The notes under the pieces are model-generated. The model saw only the letters and a list, made by a program, of their open reading frames with translations, did no database searches and was not told the DNA's origin. A DNA stretch of 64,000 nucleotides from positions 6 to 64,005 of the forward strand of contig JBAYGC010000006.1 of assembly GCA_041666845.1 (NCBI GenBank), given 5' to 3'. The translations under genes and the position numbers were made by a program. Positions 1 through 10,088 of this stretch are shown here, piece by piece. The DNA comes from Patescibacteria group bacterium. Lineage in GTDB: Bacteria; Patescibacteriota; Patescibacteriia; UM-FILTER-42-10. The stretch's first letter is position 1. Each line of letters starts with the position of its first letter.

Positions 1-7
1 CGAGTAT

Positions 8-36
8 AGTATATCATTTTTTGGCTATTTTTGCAA
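8..36 (-). promoter_or_regulatory. sigma70 promoter pointing out of the window (divergent from the lipoprotein gene)
   Basis: Minus strand TTGCAA (31-36), 17 bp, TATACT (8-13). Confidence 0.6.
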
Positions 37-55
37 CAAATTACTCAAAAGGGCA

Positions 56-84
56 TTGACAAAATGCTGTTTTAGGTATATACT
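56..84 (+). promoter_or_regulatory. near-consensus sigma70 promoter
   Basis: TTGACA (56-61), 17 bp, TATACT (79-84). Confidence 0.85.
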
Positions 85-170
85 AGCATGTTTCACAATG
101 GCTGATTCTGCAAGAATCCGCCCAAACCTCACTCGGCAACGAGTGGAAACTGCAACCGGAGGAGAATCCG

Positions 171-743
171 ATGAAACGCACACTGCTCATTTACATCCTG
201 GCCATTCTGGCCATCGCCACCCTTACCACCCTCTCCGGCTGCGGTGCTCCCTACATCAACACGTGGACGGCCCCCAACGGGACCTACCACGCCGACATGG
301 GAACGTATCGCCAGTCGCGCAACGCCAAGCTCCTCGTCCACTACGACGGTGCGATCTGGCACAACATCGCCAGGAAGGACTGCGCGGACAACAAGAAGCC
401 GTACATCCTCCGCAAGACCGACACCGAATTCATGGTGGAGGTCGGACACCCGAAGAAGTTCGTCGGTACTGTGATCTCGGTGGAGGTCTGGCTCGATGAC
501 ATCGGCCCGATCCAGGCGCAGGGACGATCGGACGGGAAGTACTACTTCACCGTCAGCACCCGCGATTCGCGAGTGAGTGGCCTCTGGGCTCGTTTCGACG
601 GCCTGTCGCCCGGCTATCACGTCATCACCGCCAGGATTGCCTGGCAGCACACGCGCGGGCCCTACTACGATGGTCCGGCGAGCGAAGATTTCGTGCAGAT
701 CGTCGAAGGTTGGGTCGAATTCGACCCGTGGCACATTCGTTGA
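171..743 (+). CDS. GC-rich orphan lipoprotein (190 aa)
   Basis: SD GGAGGAG at 158-164; signal peptide MKR-hydrophobic-LSGC lipobox; strongly C/G-ending codons. Confidence 0.85.
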   Translation: MKRTLLIYILAILAIATLTTLSGCGAPYINTWTAPNGTYHADMGTYRQSRNAKLLVHYDGAIWHNIARKDCADNKKPYILRKTDTEFMVEVGHPKKFVGTVISVEVWLDDIGPIQAQGRSDGKYYFTVSTRDSRVSGLWARFDGLSPGYHVITARIAWQHTRGPYYDGPASEDFVQIVEGWVEFDPWHIR

Positions 744-768
744 TCGCTGAGAAGCGGTCGTGGATATC

Positions 769-811
769 GGGGGAGCTTGTAACATCCGTTGCAAGCTCCC
801 CCACCCCTTTC
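769..811 (+). terminator. stem-loop after lipoprotein gene
   Basis: GGGGGAGCTTGTAAC-atcc-GTTGCAAGCTCCCCC, weak U tail. Confidence 0.6.
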
Positions 812-925
812 TTAAAATATTACTGACTTAAAATGAATGTCAGTTTTTTTGTATTCTAATTTGACTATTATCAAAAAATGAATGAACATTGAAGTAGTGA
901 TGGATCCTCGAGCAGGAGGAAACCC

Positions 926-1075
926 ATGTTAGTACCAATCATTCTAATCCTCGTGCTTGCCGCAATCCCCGCCAGGATTTTCTGGCGACACTTCAGCGAG
1001 TTGTCGCCGGAAGATCAACAAACCGTCCTTCGCGAAATCAGCGAAGACAATGCTACTCACAGCACATTCCTCTGA
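926..1075 (+). CDS. small membrane protein (49 aa), not in ORF track
   Basis: SD AGGAGG 914-919; MLVPIILILVLAAIPARIFWRHFSELSPEDQQTVLREISEDNATHSTFL*; followed by terminator. Confidence 0.7.
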   Translation: MLVPIILILVLAAIPARIFWRHFSELSPEDQQTVLREISEDNATHSTFL

Positions 1076-1111
1076 AGGATGATCCGCAATCGTTTCATCC
1101 TTTTTTATTTT
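1076..1111 (+). terminator. intrinsic terminator
   Basis: AGGATGA...TCATCCT followed by T-run. Confidence 0.65.
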
Positions 1112-1169
1112 CATCTTGCCAAAATTACAAAAGTGTGCTACAATATAATCATATTAAAATAAAAATCAT

Positions 1170-1257
1170 ATGAATCCCGTTAGAAATCGAAGTCTTAGCG
1201 GGATGGTGGTTGAAATTAGTTTAACAAACATAAAAATTAATTTCTAACGGGATGAAT
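1170..1257. mobile_element. MITE/REP-like palindromic element at the corA start codon
   Basis: 14-bp IR ATCCCGTTAGAAAT (1174-1187)/ATTTCTAACGGGAT (1240-1253); ATGAAT at both ends (1170-1175, 1252-1257). Confidence 0.75.
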
Positions 1258-2181
1258 ATCCACGAGATAAAAACAAAAAACCTCCGCTGGATTAATGTTG
1301 TTAATCCGGCCCAGGAAGAGATCGATTACCTGCGCGATCAGTTCGGTTTTCATCCGCTGGCATTGGAAGATTGTATTACACCGACCCATCGATCAAAGAT
1401 TGACGATTATGAGAAGTACTACTTCATGGTGCTTCTTTTTCCTTTATACGACAAAAAAGCGCGTCAAATCAGACCGGCAGAAGTCCACTTTTTTATCAGT
1501 AATGACTATATTGTCACAATTCACAACAATGAACTCCCTCCCCTAGTCGAATCTTTCCGGGTTTGTCAGACTAACCAGGAAACCAGAAAAAAGCATTTTG
1601 ATCAATCGGTGGAAATGTTACTTTACTATATTTTGGAAAAATTACTGCTGTCCATACATCCGATGCTTGACCATATCAGTCTGGATATTGATAACAGTGA
1701 AAAAGAGATATTTTCCGGCAATGAAAAAAAGATGGTGGAGGAAATATTGATTATCCGGCGCAGTATTACTGATTTCAGAAAAATCATGCAGGTCCACAAA
1801 AATACCCTGCAAAAACTGACCGCCTGGCTTCAGGCCAACGAAAGCTATGCCATAACCAAAAATGATGACATGCACTACAGTAATCTGATCGACCATACCA
1901 AGGAATTCTGGGATGCCCTGGGCGGATACAAAGAAGCGGTTGAAACATTGCAGGATACAAATGAATCCCTGATTTCGCACCGGATTAATGATATTATGAA
2001 AACACTGACTATTATTTCTCTGACGATTTTTCCTGTTGGCATAATAGCCGGTTTCTTCGGGATGAACATGAAAAATATTCCATTTGATCATAATCCATAT
2101 GGATTTTGGATCATGGTGGCAATCAGTATCGCAGTAATGGCTTCAGTCGCCCTGTACGTTAAAAAAAAGAAATGGCTTTAA
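1252..2181 (+). CDS. corA: magnesium transporter CorA
   Basis: FHPLALED, C-terminal two TM helices with GMN motif. Confidence 0.95.
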   Translation: MNIHEIKTKNLRWINVVNPAQEEIDYLRDQFGFHPLALEDCITPTHRSKIDDYEKYYFMVLLFPLYDKKARQIRPAEVHFFISNDYIVTIHNNELPPLVESFRVCQTNQETRKKHFDQSVEMLLYYILEKLLLSIHPMLDHISLDIDNSEKEIFSGNEKKMVEEILIIRRSITDFRKIMQVHKNTLQKLTAWLQANESYAITKNDDMHYSNLIDHTKEFWDALGGYKEAVETLQDTNESLISHRINDIMKTLTIISLTIFPVGIIAGFFGMNMKNIPFDHNPYGFWIMVAISIAVMASVALYVKKKKWL

Positions 2182-2215
2182 ATCTTTTATTAATTCAAAT
2201 TATTATTTAAATACT

Positions 2216-2377
2216 ATGGTAAATACAAATCAAACACAAACCATAACCAAGCAAAAAACATCCGAGCAGCTTTCGATGAAAGTTGATCAGATCATTACTT
2301 TGCTGACTTTTACCGCTGTCGCCGCATCATTTTTTGCCGCGGCAATCATTCTGACTTCATATAACATAGCTAAGTAA
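2216..2377 (+). CDS. small single-TM protein (53 aa), not in ORF track
   Basis: [53 protein letters not shown]; fills the gap between corA and the Clp-like gene. Confidence 0.6.
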   Translation: MVNTNQTQTITKQKTSEQLSMKVDQIITLLTFTAVAASFFAAAIILTSYNIAK

Positions 2378-2394
2378 TTACAAAGATTTTTAAT

Positions 2395-3372
2395 ATGGCC
2401 TCAGATCCAATATATTTTTTCATTGCGATTATCATAATCGTCTCCATCGGTCTTTTCCTATGGTATGGCAGACAAAGAAGCCAGGAAAAGAACGGATCAA
2501 TTCTAGCAAAGTATTCGCGCGATCTCACTGCCCTAGCCGAGAACGGCAAGCTTGATCCGGTAATCGGCCGTTATCATGAGTTAAAACGCGTTATCCAAAT
2601 TCTATCCAGACGTACAAAAAACAATCCAGTATTGATTGGACCGTCCGGCGTGGGCAAGACCGCGATTGTGGAAGAATTAGCCAATGAAATAAGAAATAAC
2701 AATGTCCCCAGCTCACTGAAAAATAAGCGCGTTTTAGCTTTGGATCTGTCCGGATTGGTTGCTGGTACAAAATACCGCGGTGAATTTGAACAGCGCTTAA
2801 AAGGAATTGTCGACGAAATAAAAGACGCGGAACGCAACATTATTCTCTTTATAGACGAACTGCAGACGCTGGCAGAAGCCGGCGAAGCAACCGGCGCCAT
2901 CGACGCGTCTGATATCCTGAAACCGGCACTGGCACGGGGTGAACTGCAAGCGGTTGGTGCAACTACCGAAGAAGAGTACATAAAATATATTAAAACAGAC
3001 CCAACATTAGAAAGACGCTTCCAGCCGGTGATGGTCAATGAACCAAGCATCAATGACACACTGATGATACTGAAGGGAATCAGAGGTAACTATGAAACGC
3101 ATCACAATGTAAAAATTACGGACGAAGCAGTCGAAGCGGCTGTAGATCTGGCGGATGAATACCTGAAAGACCGGTTCTTCCCGGATAAAGCGATTGATAT
3201 TATGGACGAGGCGGCCGCTAAAGTGCGCCTGTCAGCAATAACTAATCCGATCGAAGGTGAAAAATTGCCGGAAGTGACCGCGGAAGATGTCAAGGAAGTG
3301 ATTAATGAATGGACCAACGAACTGATTACCTATAAAGCGAACGGGAGTAATTCTGAACAATCAAAAAAATGA
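2395..3372 (+). CDS. membrane-anchored ClpA/B-type AAA+ ATPase, NBD1 only
   Basis: N-terminal TM helix; [18 protein letters not shown], Walker [16 protein letters not shown] pore loop, LFIDE, ERRFQ, PDKAID; no second NBD. Confidence 0.9.
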   Translation: MASDPIYFFIAIIIIVSIGLFLWYGRQRSQEKNGSILAKYSRDLTALAENGKLDPVIGRYHELKRVIQILSRRTKNNPVLIGPSGVGKTAIVEELANEIRNNNVPSSLKNKRVLALDLSGLVAGTKYRGEFEQRLKGIVDEIKDAERNIILFIDELQTLAEAGEATGAIDASDILKPALARGELQAVGATTEEEYIKYIKTDPTLERRFQPVMVNEPSINDTLMILKGIRGNYETHHNVKITDEAVEAAVDLADEYLKDRFFPDKAIDIMDEAAAKVRLSAITNPIEGEKLPEVTAEDVKEVINEWTNELITYKANGSNSEQSKK

Positions 3373-4760
3373 AGCTAAGGCTTTTTAATACACTTTCCAG
3401 AAAAAAAGAAACCTTCAAACCTCTGAAAGATTCAGAGGTCGGTTTATATACCTGCGGTCCGACGGTATATAATTATGCACATATCGGAAACCTAAGAACT
3501 TATGTGTTTGAAGATATTCTGCGAAGAACGCTGGAGTATAACAGGTTTAAGGTAAAGCATGTCATGAATATCACCGACGTCGGACACCTGGTTTCGGATG
3601 CGGACACTGGAGAGGATAAAATGGAAAAACGGGCGAAGCTGGAAAAAAAGACCGTCTGGGAAATAGCAGAGCATTACACCACGGCATTTAAAAGCAACAT
3701 GTCAGATCTGAACATTACAGAACCCGTAATCTGGTGCAAGGCCACTGACCATATTAAAGAACAGATTGATCTGATAAAAAAACTGGAAGAAAAGGAATTT
3801 ACCTATACTATTGACGACGGGGTCTATTTTGATACAAGCAAATTTGATAGTTACGGACAAATGGCCCGGCTCGATATTAAAGCACAAAAGGCCGGTGCCA
3901 GAGTGGCAGTCGCGGAAGGCAAAAAAAGCCCGAACGATTTTGCCTTATGGAAATTTTCACCGGACCCTGCCAAAGGCGAGCCGAAACGCCAGATGGAATG
4001 GGAATCACCATGGGGAATTGGTTTCCCCGGCTGGCATCTGGAATGCTCCGCAATGGCCGTAAAATATCTGGGACAGCCTTTTGATATTCATTGCGGGGGC
4101 GTGGATCATATCCCTGTTCACCATACCAATGAAATTGCACAAAGCGAAGCGGCAAATGAAAGAAAACTGGCCAATTACTGGCTGCATGGCGAATTTCTGA
4201 TTCTGAAGGACGAAAAAATGGCCAAGTCAAAAGGTAATTTTATTACTTTAGAAACTTTGAAAGAAAAAGGAATCAATCCCCTGTCCTTACGCTATTTACT
4301 ACTAACCACCCATTACCGTTCCAAACTTATTTTCAACTGGACAAACCTGGAAGGTGCCAACACCGCGCTTGATTCTATTTACCGGCAAATGGCAGAACTG
4401 AACGGTTCCAGCCCAGTAGTCAATGAGGGTTTTAAAGAGCAATTTGAAGATGCAATTAATGATGATCTGAACATGCCAAAAGCACTGGCACTGGTCTGGA
4501 AAATTTTTAAAGGAAGCCTCCCGGCAGGTGCAAAAAAGGGGACGTTACTGGAATTTGATAAAGTACTTGGGTTAGGTCTTGATAAACTAGACCAAATTGA
4601 AGAGACGCCAAAGCTCGTCAAAAATCTGGCAACTAAAAGGGAGCACGCACGTATAGCCAAAGATTTTACGGAAGCGGATAAATTAAGAGCGGAAATTGAA
4701 GCTGCAGGATATATTGTCACTGACACGGCTTTGGGGCCAAAGATTTCTAAAAAGAACTAA
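3369..4760 (+). CDS. cysS: cysteinyl-tRNA synthetase
   Basis: [27 protein letters not shown]. Confidence 0.97.
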   Translation: MKLRLFNTLSRKKETFKPLKDSEVGLYTCGPTVYNYAHIGNLRTYVFEDILRRTLEYNRFKVKHVMNITDVGHLVSDADTGEDKMEKRAKLEKKTVWEIAEHYTTAFKSNMSDLNITEPVIWCKATDHIKEQIDLIKKLEEKEFTYTIDDGVYFDTSKFDSYGQMARLDIKAQKAGARVAVAEGKKSPNDFALWKFSPDPAKGEPKRQMEWESPWGIGFPGWHLECSAMAVKYLGQPFDIHCGGVDHIPVHHTNEIAQSEAANERKLANYWLHGEFLILKDEKMAKSKGNFITLETLKEKGINPLSLRYLLLTTHYRSKLIFNWTNLEGANTALDSIYRQMAELNGSSPVVNEGFKEQFEDAINDDLNMPKALALVWKIFKGSLPAGAKKGTLLEFDKVLGLGLDKLDQIEETPKLVKNLATKREHARIAKDFTEADKLRAEIEAAGYIVTDTALGPKISKKN

Positions 4761-5320
4761 TGCTATTACTCGATCTGGATCAGCTAATTTTCGAAAAGAT
4801 TTATCAGGCTATTCCTCATAACCTGTTTTTTGATTGGTTTTTTCTGTTACTTACCACAATTGCCCATCCGAAAATAATCTGGTTTCCTTTAATCATCCTG
4901 TTTCTAATATTTTATAAACAACATAAAGGCTGGATGTTCTTTGAATCCGCGATCGCCATCGGTATCGGTGTCGTAGTGAATGAATATATTATTAAAAATA
5001 TTTTTGCACGCTTAAGACCTTTTGAATTCTACGACTGGGTCACCACCATCGACCACACTGCCACCGGATATTCCTTTCCGTCGAGCCACGCACTGGTCGC
5101 GTTCAGTTTTGCAGTTGTGGTAATTCTGAACACAAAGCAAAAATGGCTGCATAATTTATTGATTGTTATTGCCGTTTTGGTTTGCCTTTCCCGTATCTAT
5201 TTGGGAGTACATTTCCCCGGTGATGTAATTGCTGGAGCCATAATCGGTACTCTACTGGGCTGGTTGTCCTCAACATTTCTGCCACGCTTTTATAAAGCTT
5301 TATTCCACAAACAAATATAA
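4760..5320 (+). CDS. PAP2-family phosphatase (undecaprenyl-PP/lipid phosphatase-like)
   Basis: KxxxxRxRP, SFPSSH, SRIYLGVHFPGD motifs. Confidence 0.92.
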   Translation: MLLLDLDQLIFEKIYQAIPHNLFFDWFFLLLTTIAHPKIIWFPLIILFLIFYKQHKGWMFFESAIAIGIGVVVNEYIIKNIFARLRPFEFYDWVTTIDHTATGYSFPSSHALVAFSFAVVVILNTKQKWLHNLLIVIAVLVCLSRIYLGVHFPGDVIAGAIIGTLLGWLSSTFLPRFYKALFHKQI

Positions 5321-5369
5321 TCCTGTCAAACAAAAAACCCGCACTAATCAAGCCGGATTTTTTTATATT

Positions 5370-5939
5370 CTAAATATCGTATTTATATCTTTTCTTCGCA
5401 GCCGCTCCGCCTTTGATCATGATCATCAGCAGTATCGGCGCCAAGACCCAGATAAACTGACTGATTTCCAAAGTAAATAATGTCTTAGTCAACGGAGCTA
5501 ATCCATCTAGTGCCGATTTCGGCAGGAATGACAGGGTGATACTGATCAAAAGTCCGACGTGCATAATACTGAAAACAATTACTTGCCACCATTTTCCCCG
5601 TTCATCTGAACTGGCGACGGTAGAGATTAATGCAGACCGGGAAAGCATAAAAAATAATGCAACAAAAACAGCTACAAAGGCTGTTATTTTAACCACAAAG
5701 AATTGATTCACACCGATCTCGCCGGTAGTATCCCCCAAAAACGGGGCGGTATTGATTACGGCCATGGCCATATAGATACTGATCAGGATTACGATGATCC
5801 GATCACGACCCAGTGACATGCCATACAGCAGAGCAGCGATGACAAAAAACAGGATAATAAAGAGGTCCCAGGTTGGTTCTGACCAGTCAAAATTCGCTAC
5901 CCATGAACCGGTGTCTGCTACAACTGTTGCGAAAAACAT
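5370..5939 (-). CDS. multi-pass membrane protein (CvpA-like)
   Basis: About 5 hydrophobic segments; GGAG SD upstream. Confidence 0.75.
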   Translation of the reverse strand: MFFATVVADTGSWVANFDWSEPTWDLFIILFFVIAALLYGMSLGRDRIIVILISIYMAMAVINTAPFLGDTTGEIGVNQFFVVKITAFVAVFVALFFMLSRSALISTVASSDERGKWWQVIVFSIMHVGLLISITLSFLPKSALDGLAPLTKTLFTLEISQFIWVLAPILLMIMIKGGAAAKKRYKYDI

Positions 5940-6045
5940 TGTATTACTCCCCCTTTTGTTTTATTTTAGCTGATTACTTTGTAAGTATAACACAAAAACA
6001 ATAAATAGGCAATCGCGATACCTATATTACTGTGGATAAACTGAA

Positions 6046-7131
6046 TTAATCCAGTTTTTGCAGATTTTCCAGCAATTCACGCTGTTTTCGGGACAATTTT
6101 TCCGGTGTTTTAACAATTACTTCAACCAGTTGGTCGCCTCTACCACGGGCATTTAAGTGCGGGATTCCCTTATCTTTAATTTTGAAAACTTTGCCGGATT
6201 GCGTTCCTGCCGGAATTTTTAATTGGCCTTCACCGTCCAATGTATTTACGGCAATTTTATCCCCCAATGCCGCCTGCGCAAAACTGATTTCCGACACGGA
6301 AAAAACATTGTCGCCGTCCCGCTGAAATTCATGATGTGGCATTACCCGGATAGCAACATATAAATCCCCCGCCTGGTTTCCGCGCTGACCTGCTTCCCCT
6401 TCGCCAGAAAGGCGGATGGACTGCCCGTTATTTATTCCTGCAGGTATTTTTATCTTAATGCGTTTACTAGCACGTTCTACGCCAGTGCCTCTGCAGTTTG
6501 TACATTTGTCTTTAATGGTTTTTCCTTCGCCTTTGCATTCCGGACACACACCGCGGGTTCGGATCTGGCCTAATATAGTTCTCTGCAACTGATCCACCTG
6601 ACCGGAACCTTTGCACATCGGACATTCCACAATCCCGCTGGAGCTTTCCGCTCCGGAACCGCTGCATTTTTCACAAGATATAGTTTTATATAGCTCCACG
6701 GTTTTTTCCGCACCGAACGCCGCTTCTTCAAAAGATACCTGCATTTCTGTTTCAATATCCATGCCTCGCTGCTGGCGCGCGCTGGCTCTGGAACGGCCTC
6801 CGCCGAAGAAGTCGCCGAAGATATCGCCCAGATCGCCAAAGTCAAAATTAATCCCGTCCGCTCCGCCGAACCCCGCCTGCCGGGGATCAAATCCGGCGCC
6901 ACCACCAAATCCGCCTTGTTGGTCAAAGGCAGATCCAAATTGGTCGTACTGTTTACGCTTATCTTCCTTGGACAGCACTTGGTAAGCCTGGTTTAATTCC
7001 TTAAACTTAGCTTCATCACCGGTATTTTTGTCCGGATGATACTGGTGCGCTTTTTTCCGGAATGCTTTTTTTATTTCATCCTGTGAAGCGTCTTTCGCTA
7101 CGCCTAAAATCTCATAGTAATCTGTTGCCAT
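6046..7131 (-). CDS. dnaJ: chaperone DnaJ
   Basis: J domain with HPD, G/F region, four CxxCxGxG repeats. Confidence 0.97.
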   Translation of the reverse strand: MATDYYEILGVAKDASQDEIKKAFRKKAHQYHPDKNTGDEAKFKELNQAYQVLSKEDKRKQYDQFGSAFDQQGGFGGGAGFDPRQAGFGGADGINFDFGDLGDIFGDFFGGGRSRASARQQRGMDIETEMQVSFEEAAFGAEKTVELYKTISCEKCSGSGAESSSGIVECPMCKGSGQVDQLQRTILGQIRTRGVCPECKGEGKTIKDKCTNCRGTGVERASKRIKIKIPAGINNGQSIRLSGEGEAGQRGNQAGDLYVAIRVMPHHEFQRDGDNVFSVSEISFAQAALGDKIAVNTLDGEGQLKIPAGTQSGKVFKIKDKGIPHLNARGRGDQLVEVIVKTPEKLSRKQRELLENLQKLD

Positions 7132-7143
7132 AATCCTTTCTTC

Positions 7144-8286
7144 CTATTCTCCCATTATTAAAACATCAACATCTTTCTTTTCCTGCGTGACCCGCACGAA
7201 TTTGACTGCAAATAGAATCATGAAAATCAAGGATGTAAACGAATTGATTAAAGTCAGAAAAACAAATCCAAATAAATTTAAGGCAAAAAACAAGCTTAAT
7301 GCCAGAAGCGGCGTGATAAAATCCTCATATGGCCCCAGAAACTGGAACGCATATTTACGGATGATCTTGGCCATCACTTCCGACAACTTATCAGAACCTT
7401 CCGCCTCAATACCGATGCTTTTGATGAACTCATCGCGAGCCCCGGTAATCTGTTCCTGAAATATACTTTGGACAAATGCAGATGATACTAAAGTATCCGC
7501 AGATAATGTTTCACTATACAGATTGTCACGTATTTCCGGCGGTAGGGCGTTAATATCCACTTCACCGCTCTGAACCTTGTTCCGCAGGTCGTCAATTAGC
7601 GCCTGTCCTTCCTCAACCTTCGGGTTGTTAAACGAATCTTCCAGCTCCTCATTCAGCTGACCGCTGATATCCTCCACTACGCCGGCGCTGATTTCAAAGA
7701 TAAACTGATCCAGCGTTTTATCCGGATCATAACCCTTGATTTGGGTGGGAATAATTTCGTTGGATATATTGGTAGTGCTTATAATCAGGGAATCTATTGC
7801 TTGCCGTCCGTTATCCCGATCCTGGGTCGTAGTCACGAAATAGTAAAGCATGGAAATAGATAGTGCCATTGCCAGCACCACCCCACCGATTCCCCAGTGC
7901 ATAATCTTGTACAAAGAAAACTTGATTCTTCCTTTCACCTCGTTGTGCGTCCGGTGCGCGTAATACACGAAGATTATTATCTGCAAAAGGGAAATAATCA
8001 GGAGCCATGGTGAAAAAGGGAAAAAGAAGAGCATCGGCATGCTGGAGAGAATCCAGATCGGCAGTTGGATTACTTCTTTCTTCACTACAATCGCGGTTGT
8101 ACTTACCAAAGCCAGATAAAAACAAAAAGCAATTACTGGGAAAATCAGCCGAAGCAACATCTGCCAGATGGAGAGGTTCTGTCCGGACCATTCCAGATTG
8201 AAAACCGTCGACAAAGCATACCAAGCCAGCACGCTGGCCAGTACGGTCAGCACGCCTAAAATAGCTATTTTAGTATTCTTGGTCAT
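7144..8286 (-). CDS. hypothetical membrane protein
   Basis: 380 aa, several TM segments and a large soluble loop. Confidence 0.8.
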   Translation of the reverse strand: MTKNTKIAILGVLTVLASVLAWYALSTVFNLEWSGQNLSIWQMLLRLIFPVIAFCFYLALVSTTAIVVKKEVIQLPIWILSSMPMLFFFPFSPWLLIISLLQIIIFVYYAHRTHNEVKGRIKFSLYKIMHWGIGGVVLAMALSISMLYYFVTTTQDRDNGRQAIDSLIISTTNISNEIIPTQIKGYDPDKTLDQFIFEISAGVVEDISGQLNEELEDSFNNPKVEEGQALIDDLRNKVQSGEVDINALPPEIRDNLYSETLSADTLVSSAFVQSIFQEQITGARDEFIKSIGIEAEGSDKLSEVMAKIIRKYAFQFLGPYEDFITPLLALSLFFALNLFGFVFLTLINSFTSLIFMILFAVKFVRVTQEKKDVDVLIMGE

Positions 8287-8303
8287 GGTTTTGTTTTATT
8301 TAA

Positions 8304-8624
8304 TTATGCTTTGAAACCAACTTCATCCGCCGGAGCATCCGTAACATCTATTGTACCAAAATTTGTCTCATAACGCTTGACATTATCCTGCAGTGCCAAA
8401 AGAACGCGCTTCATGTGGCCCGGTGAGGTTTTTACCCGGTTGGTAACCACGCCCACGCCTTCCGCCTGGTGGATGTTGATAAAATCAATCGTAAACTCGT
8501 CTTTGGTATGCATGACGCGCATGCTGTTCGCATAGTTCGATCCGGCTAAAATACTTTCCGGGATCTTAATCTGCATTTGTCGCTGTTGCCCTTGTGGGGG
8601 CTGTTGGCTTTGTTGTTGTGGCAT
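8304..8624 (-). CDS. DUF3467-like small protein
   Basis: YAN...HT.DEF.IDF...SPGHMKR pattern; Q/P-rich N-terminus. Confidence 0.75.
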   Translation of the reverse strand: MPQQQSQQPPQGQQRQMQIKIPESILAGSNYANSMRVMHTKDEFTIDFINIHQAEGVGVVTNRVKTSPGHMKRVLLALQDNVKRYETNFGTIDVTDAPADEVGFKA

Positions 8625-8636
8625 ATTTATTATTAA

Positions 8637-9347
8637 TTAATTAAAAGTTTCTTTCTTTATTTGTTCTAATACATCTTCTCTATACTTTATATTTCGTTCG
8701 TACTCAGTCAATAATATCTCAGGATATGTTGCTGCTATCTTTATGAAATTTTTCTTGTTCGCTTCCATACAATTATCAAAATATTTACCTTTTTCATTAT
8801 CTCCCAATCCTTTTATCTCACTATTAATTCTACTTATATACTCAATATATCTCATTGACAACACATCTGAATTATCAACTAGCGATTCGGCACAAATGGG
8901 AATTAGGGTTGGAATAACCTTAAATTTTTCTTCTTTATTTACTACCTCTGAATAAAACATTAGTGACCTAGGAAGATGATAAAAGTTTGTCAGTAAACCC
9001 ACTTTTTTTCCTATTAAGTCTTTATAATATTCATTAAATACAGCAATGAAATTGTGGTGAGAACATGGTAAGGATAGACGCTTTATTATATTTATCTTCT
9101 CATTTCTATTCTTTAAAAAATTTGCCATATCATCAACCTTTTTTGATTGACTTGAATTTTGATCATATCCACCAACTAATATGAACTCCGTATTTTTGTT
9201 AACTTCTGAAAGTTTAAGTGCTGCTTCCATTCTCGTTTGCCCACCCAAATATTGCCCTTTCTCAAATTCAGTAAATTTGCAATCAGTGTCTACAACACTA
9301 GGATTTAGAACAATTATGAAATCATATTTATTCGGTTGATCTGACAT
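8637..9347 (-). CDS. YdcF/DUF218 (ElyC/SanA-like) protein, AT-rich
   Basis: R..AA, ILVGG, LLTNFYHLPR motifs. Confidence 0.7.
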   Translation of the reverse strand: MSDQPNKYDFIIVLNPSVVDTDCKFTEFEKGQYLGGQTRMEAALKLSEVNKNTEFILVGGYDQNSSQSKKVDDMANFLKNRNEKINIIKRLSLPCSHHNFIAVFNEYYKDLIGKKVGLLTNFYHLPRSLMFYSEVVNKEEKFKVIPTLIPICAESLVDNSDVLSMRYIEYISRINSEIKGLGDNEKGKYFDNCMEANKKNFIKIAATYPEILLTEYERNIKYREDVLEQIKKETFN

Positions 9348-9381
9348 GAGTTTTGTAATAACTAGTTAATTATGACTTACA

Positions 9382-9459
9382 GCAGAGCAAGCTCTGCACC
9401 TACATTTATTTTAGATCAAATATCGAAATATCTGGACGTAGGTGGCGAGCTTGCTCGCC
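9382..9459. repeat. inverted pair of GTAG-class REP-like palindromes
   Basis: Minus GTAGGTGCAGAGCTTGCTCTGC (9382-9403) and plus GTAGGTGGCGAGCTTGCTCGCC (9438-9459). Confidence 0.75.
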
Positions 9460-9515
9460 TGATTACTTTTTCTCAATCTCACCCATATCTATTCGCTCTT
9501 TCTCAGAATTGTTAA

Positions 9516-9932
9516 TTACATATTCACGAACTTCTTTGCATCTAAAACAGCTTGCTCTAATTCATTTGCAACTTGGTCAATTATTTGAGGGCATTTTGAA
9601 TCTAAGAATTCCTGATGATATTCTGGCAAAACTTCTTTTGTATAATCAAAGCTCCTTAATGCTTTAACACTATTTTCTACCAATTCAATATATTCTGATG
9701 CTGAAACGGAATCCTTTTTTAAGTGTAATTGGGAAAGCAATCGTTGTAGCTGCGGTTCGTGCCATTCAATTCCATCTACTTGAAAACCAACAGTTGCACC
9801 ATATCCTAACCATTTTACACCACTGCTAAACATGACGTATTCATACATTTTTGCGATACTACTATAAAGACAGCCTTTTATAGTATCTTCATTTGATGAT
9901 TCACTAGATTTCGGACCATCTTCTATTGACAT
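9516..9932 (-). CDS. hypothetical protein, AT-rich
   Basis: ORF 9516..9950; probable ATG at 9932 ([11 protein letters not shown]). Confidence 0.7.
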   Translation of the reverse strand: MSIEDGPKSSESSNEDTIKGCLYSSIAKMYEYVMFSSGVKWLGYGATVGFQVDGIEWHEPQLQRLLSQLHLKKDSVSASEYIELVENSVKALRSFDYTKEVLPEYHQEFLDSKCPQIIDQVANELEQAVLDAKKFVNM

Positions 9933-10005
9933 AATATTACTTATCCGCACTTGCGGAAATTAATTATTTTACTTGCAGCGTTAGGCGAAAATGCCCACCC
10001 ACACA

Positions 10006-10081
10006 GTCATTCCCGACCTGATCGGGAATCCATAAATCGTCTTGTTACAAGATACTGGATTCCCGTCTCCACGGGAATGAC
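10006..10081. repeat. GTCATTCCC-type bipartite palindromic repeat
   Basis: GTCATTCCCGACCTGATCGGGAATCC...GGATTCCCGTCTCCACGGGAATGAC (dRS3-like ATTCCC-N8-GGGAAT arms). Confidence 0.8.
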
Positions 10082-10088
10082 CGGTGAT

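Noticed and set aside
56-794. Overlapping ORFs 56..499 (+), 129..794 (-), 244..474 (+)
   Set aside because: Shadow frames of a GC-rich gene; only 171..743 has SD, signal peptide and codon bias.
6031-6039. Perfect DnaA box (TGTGGATAA)
   Set aside because: Single copy with no cluster or dnaA/dnaN nearby; not an origin.
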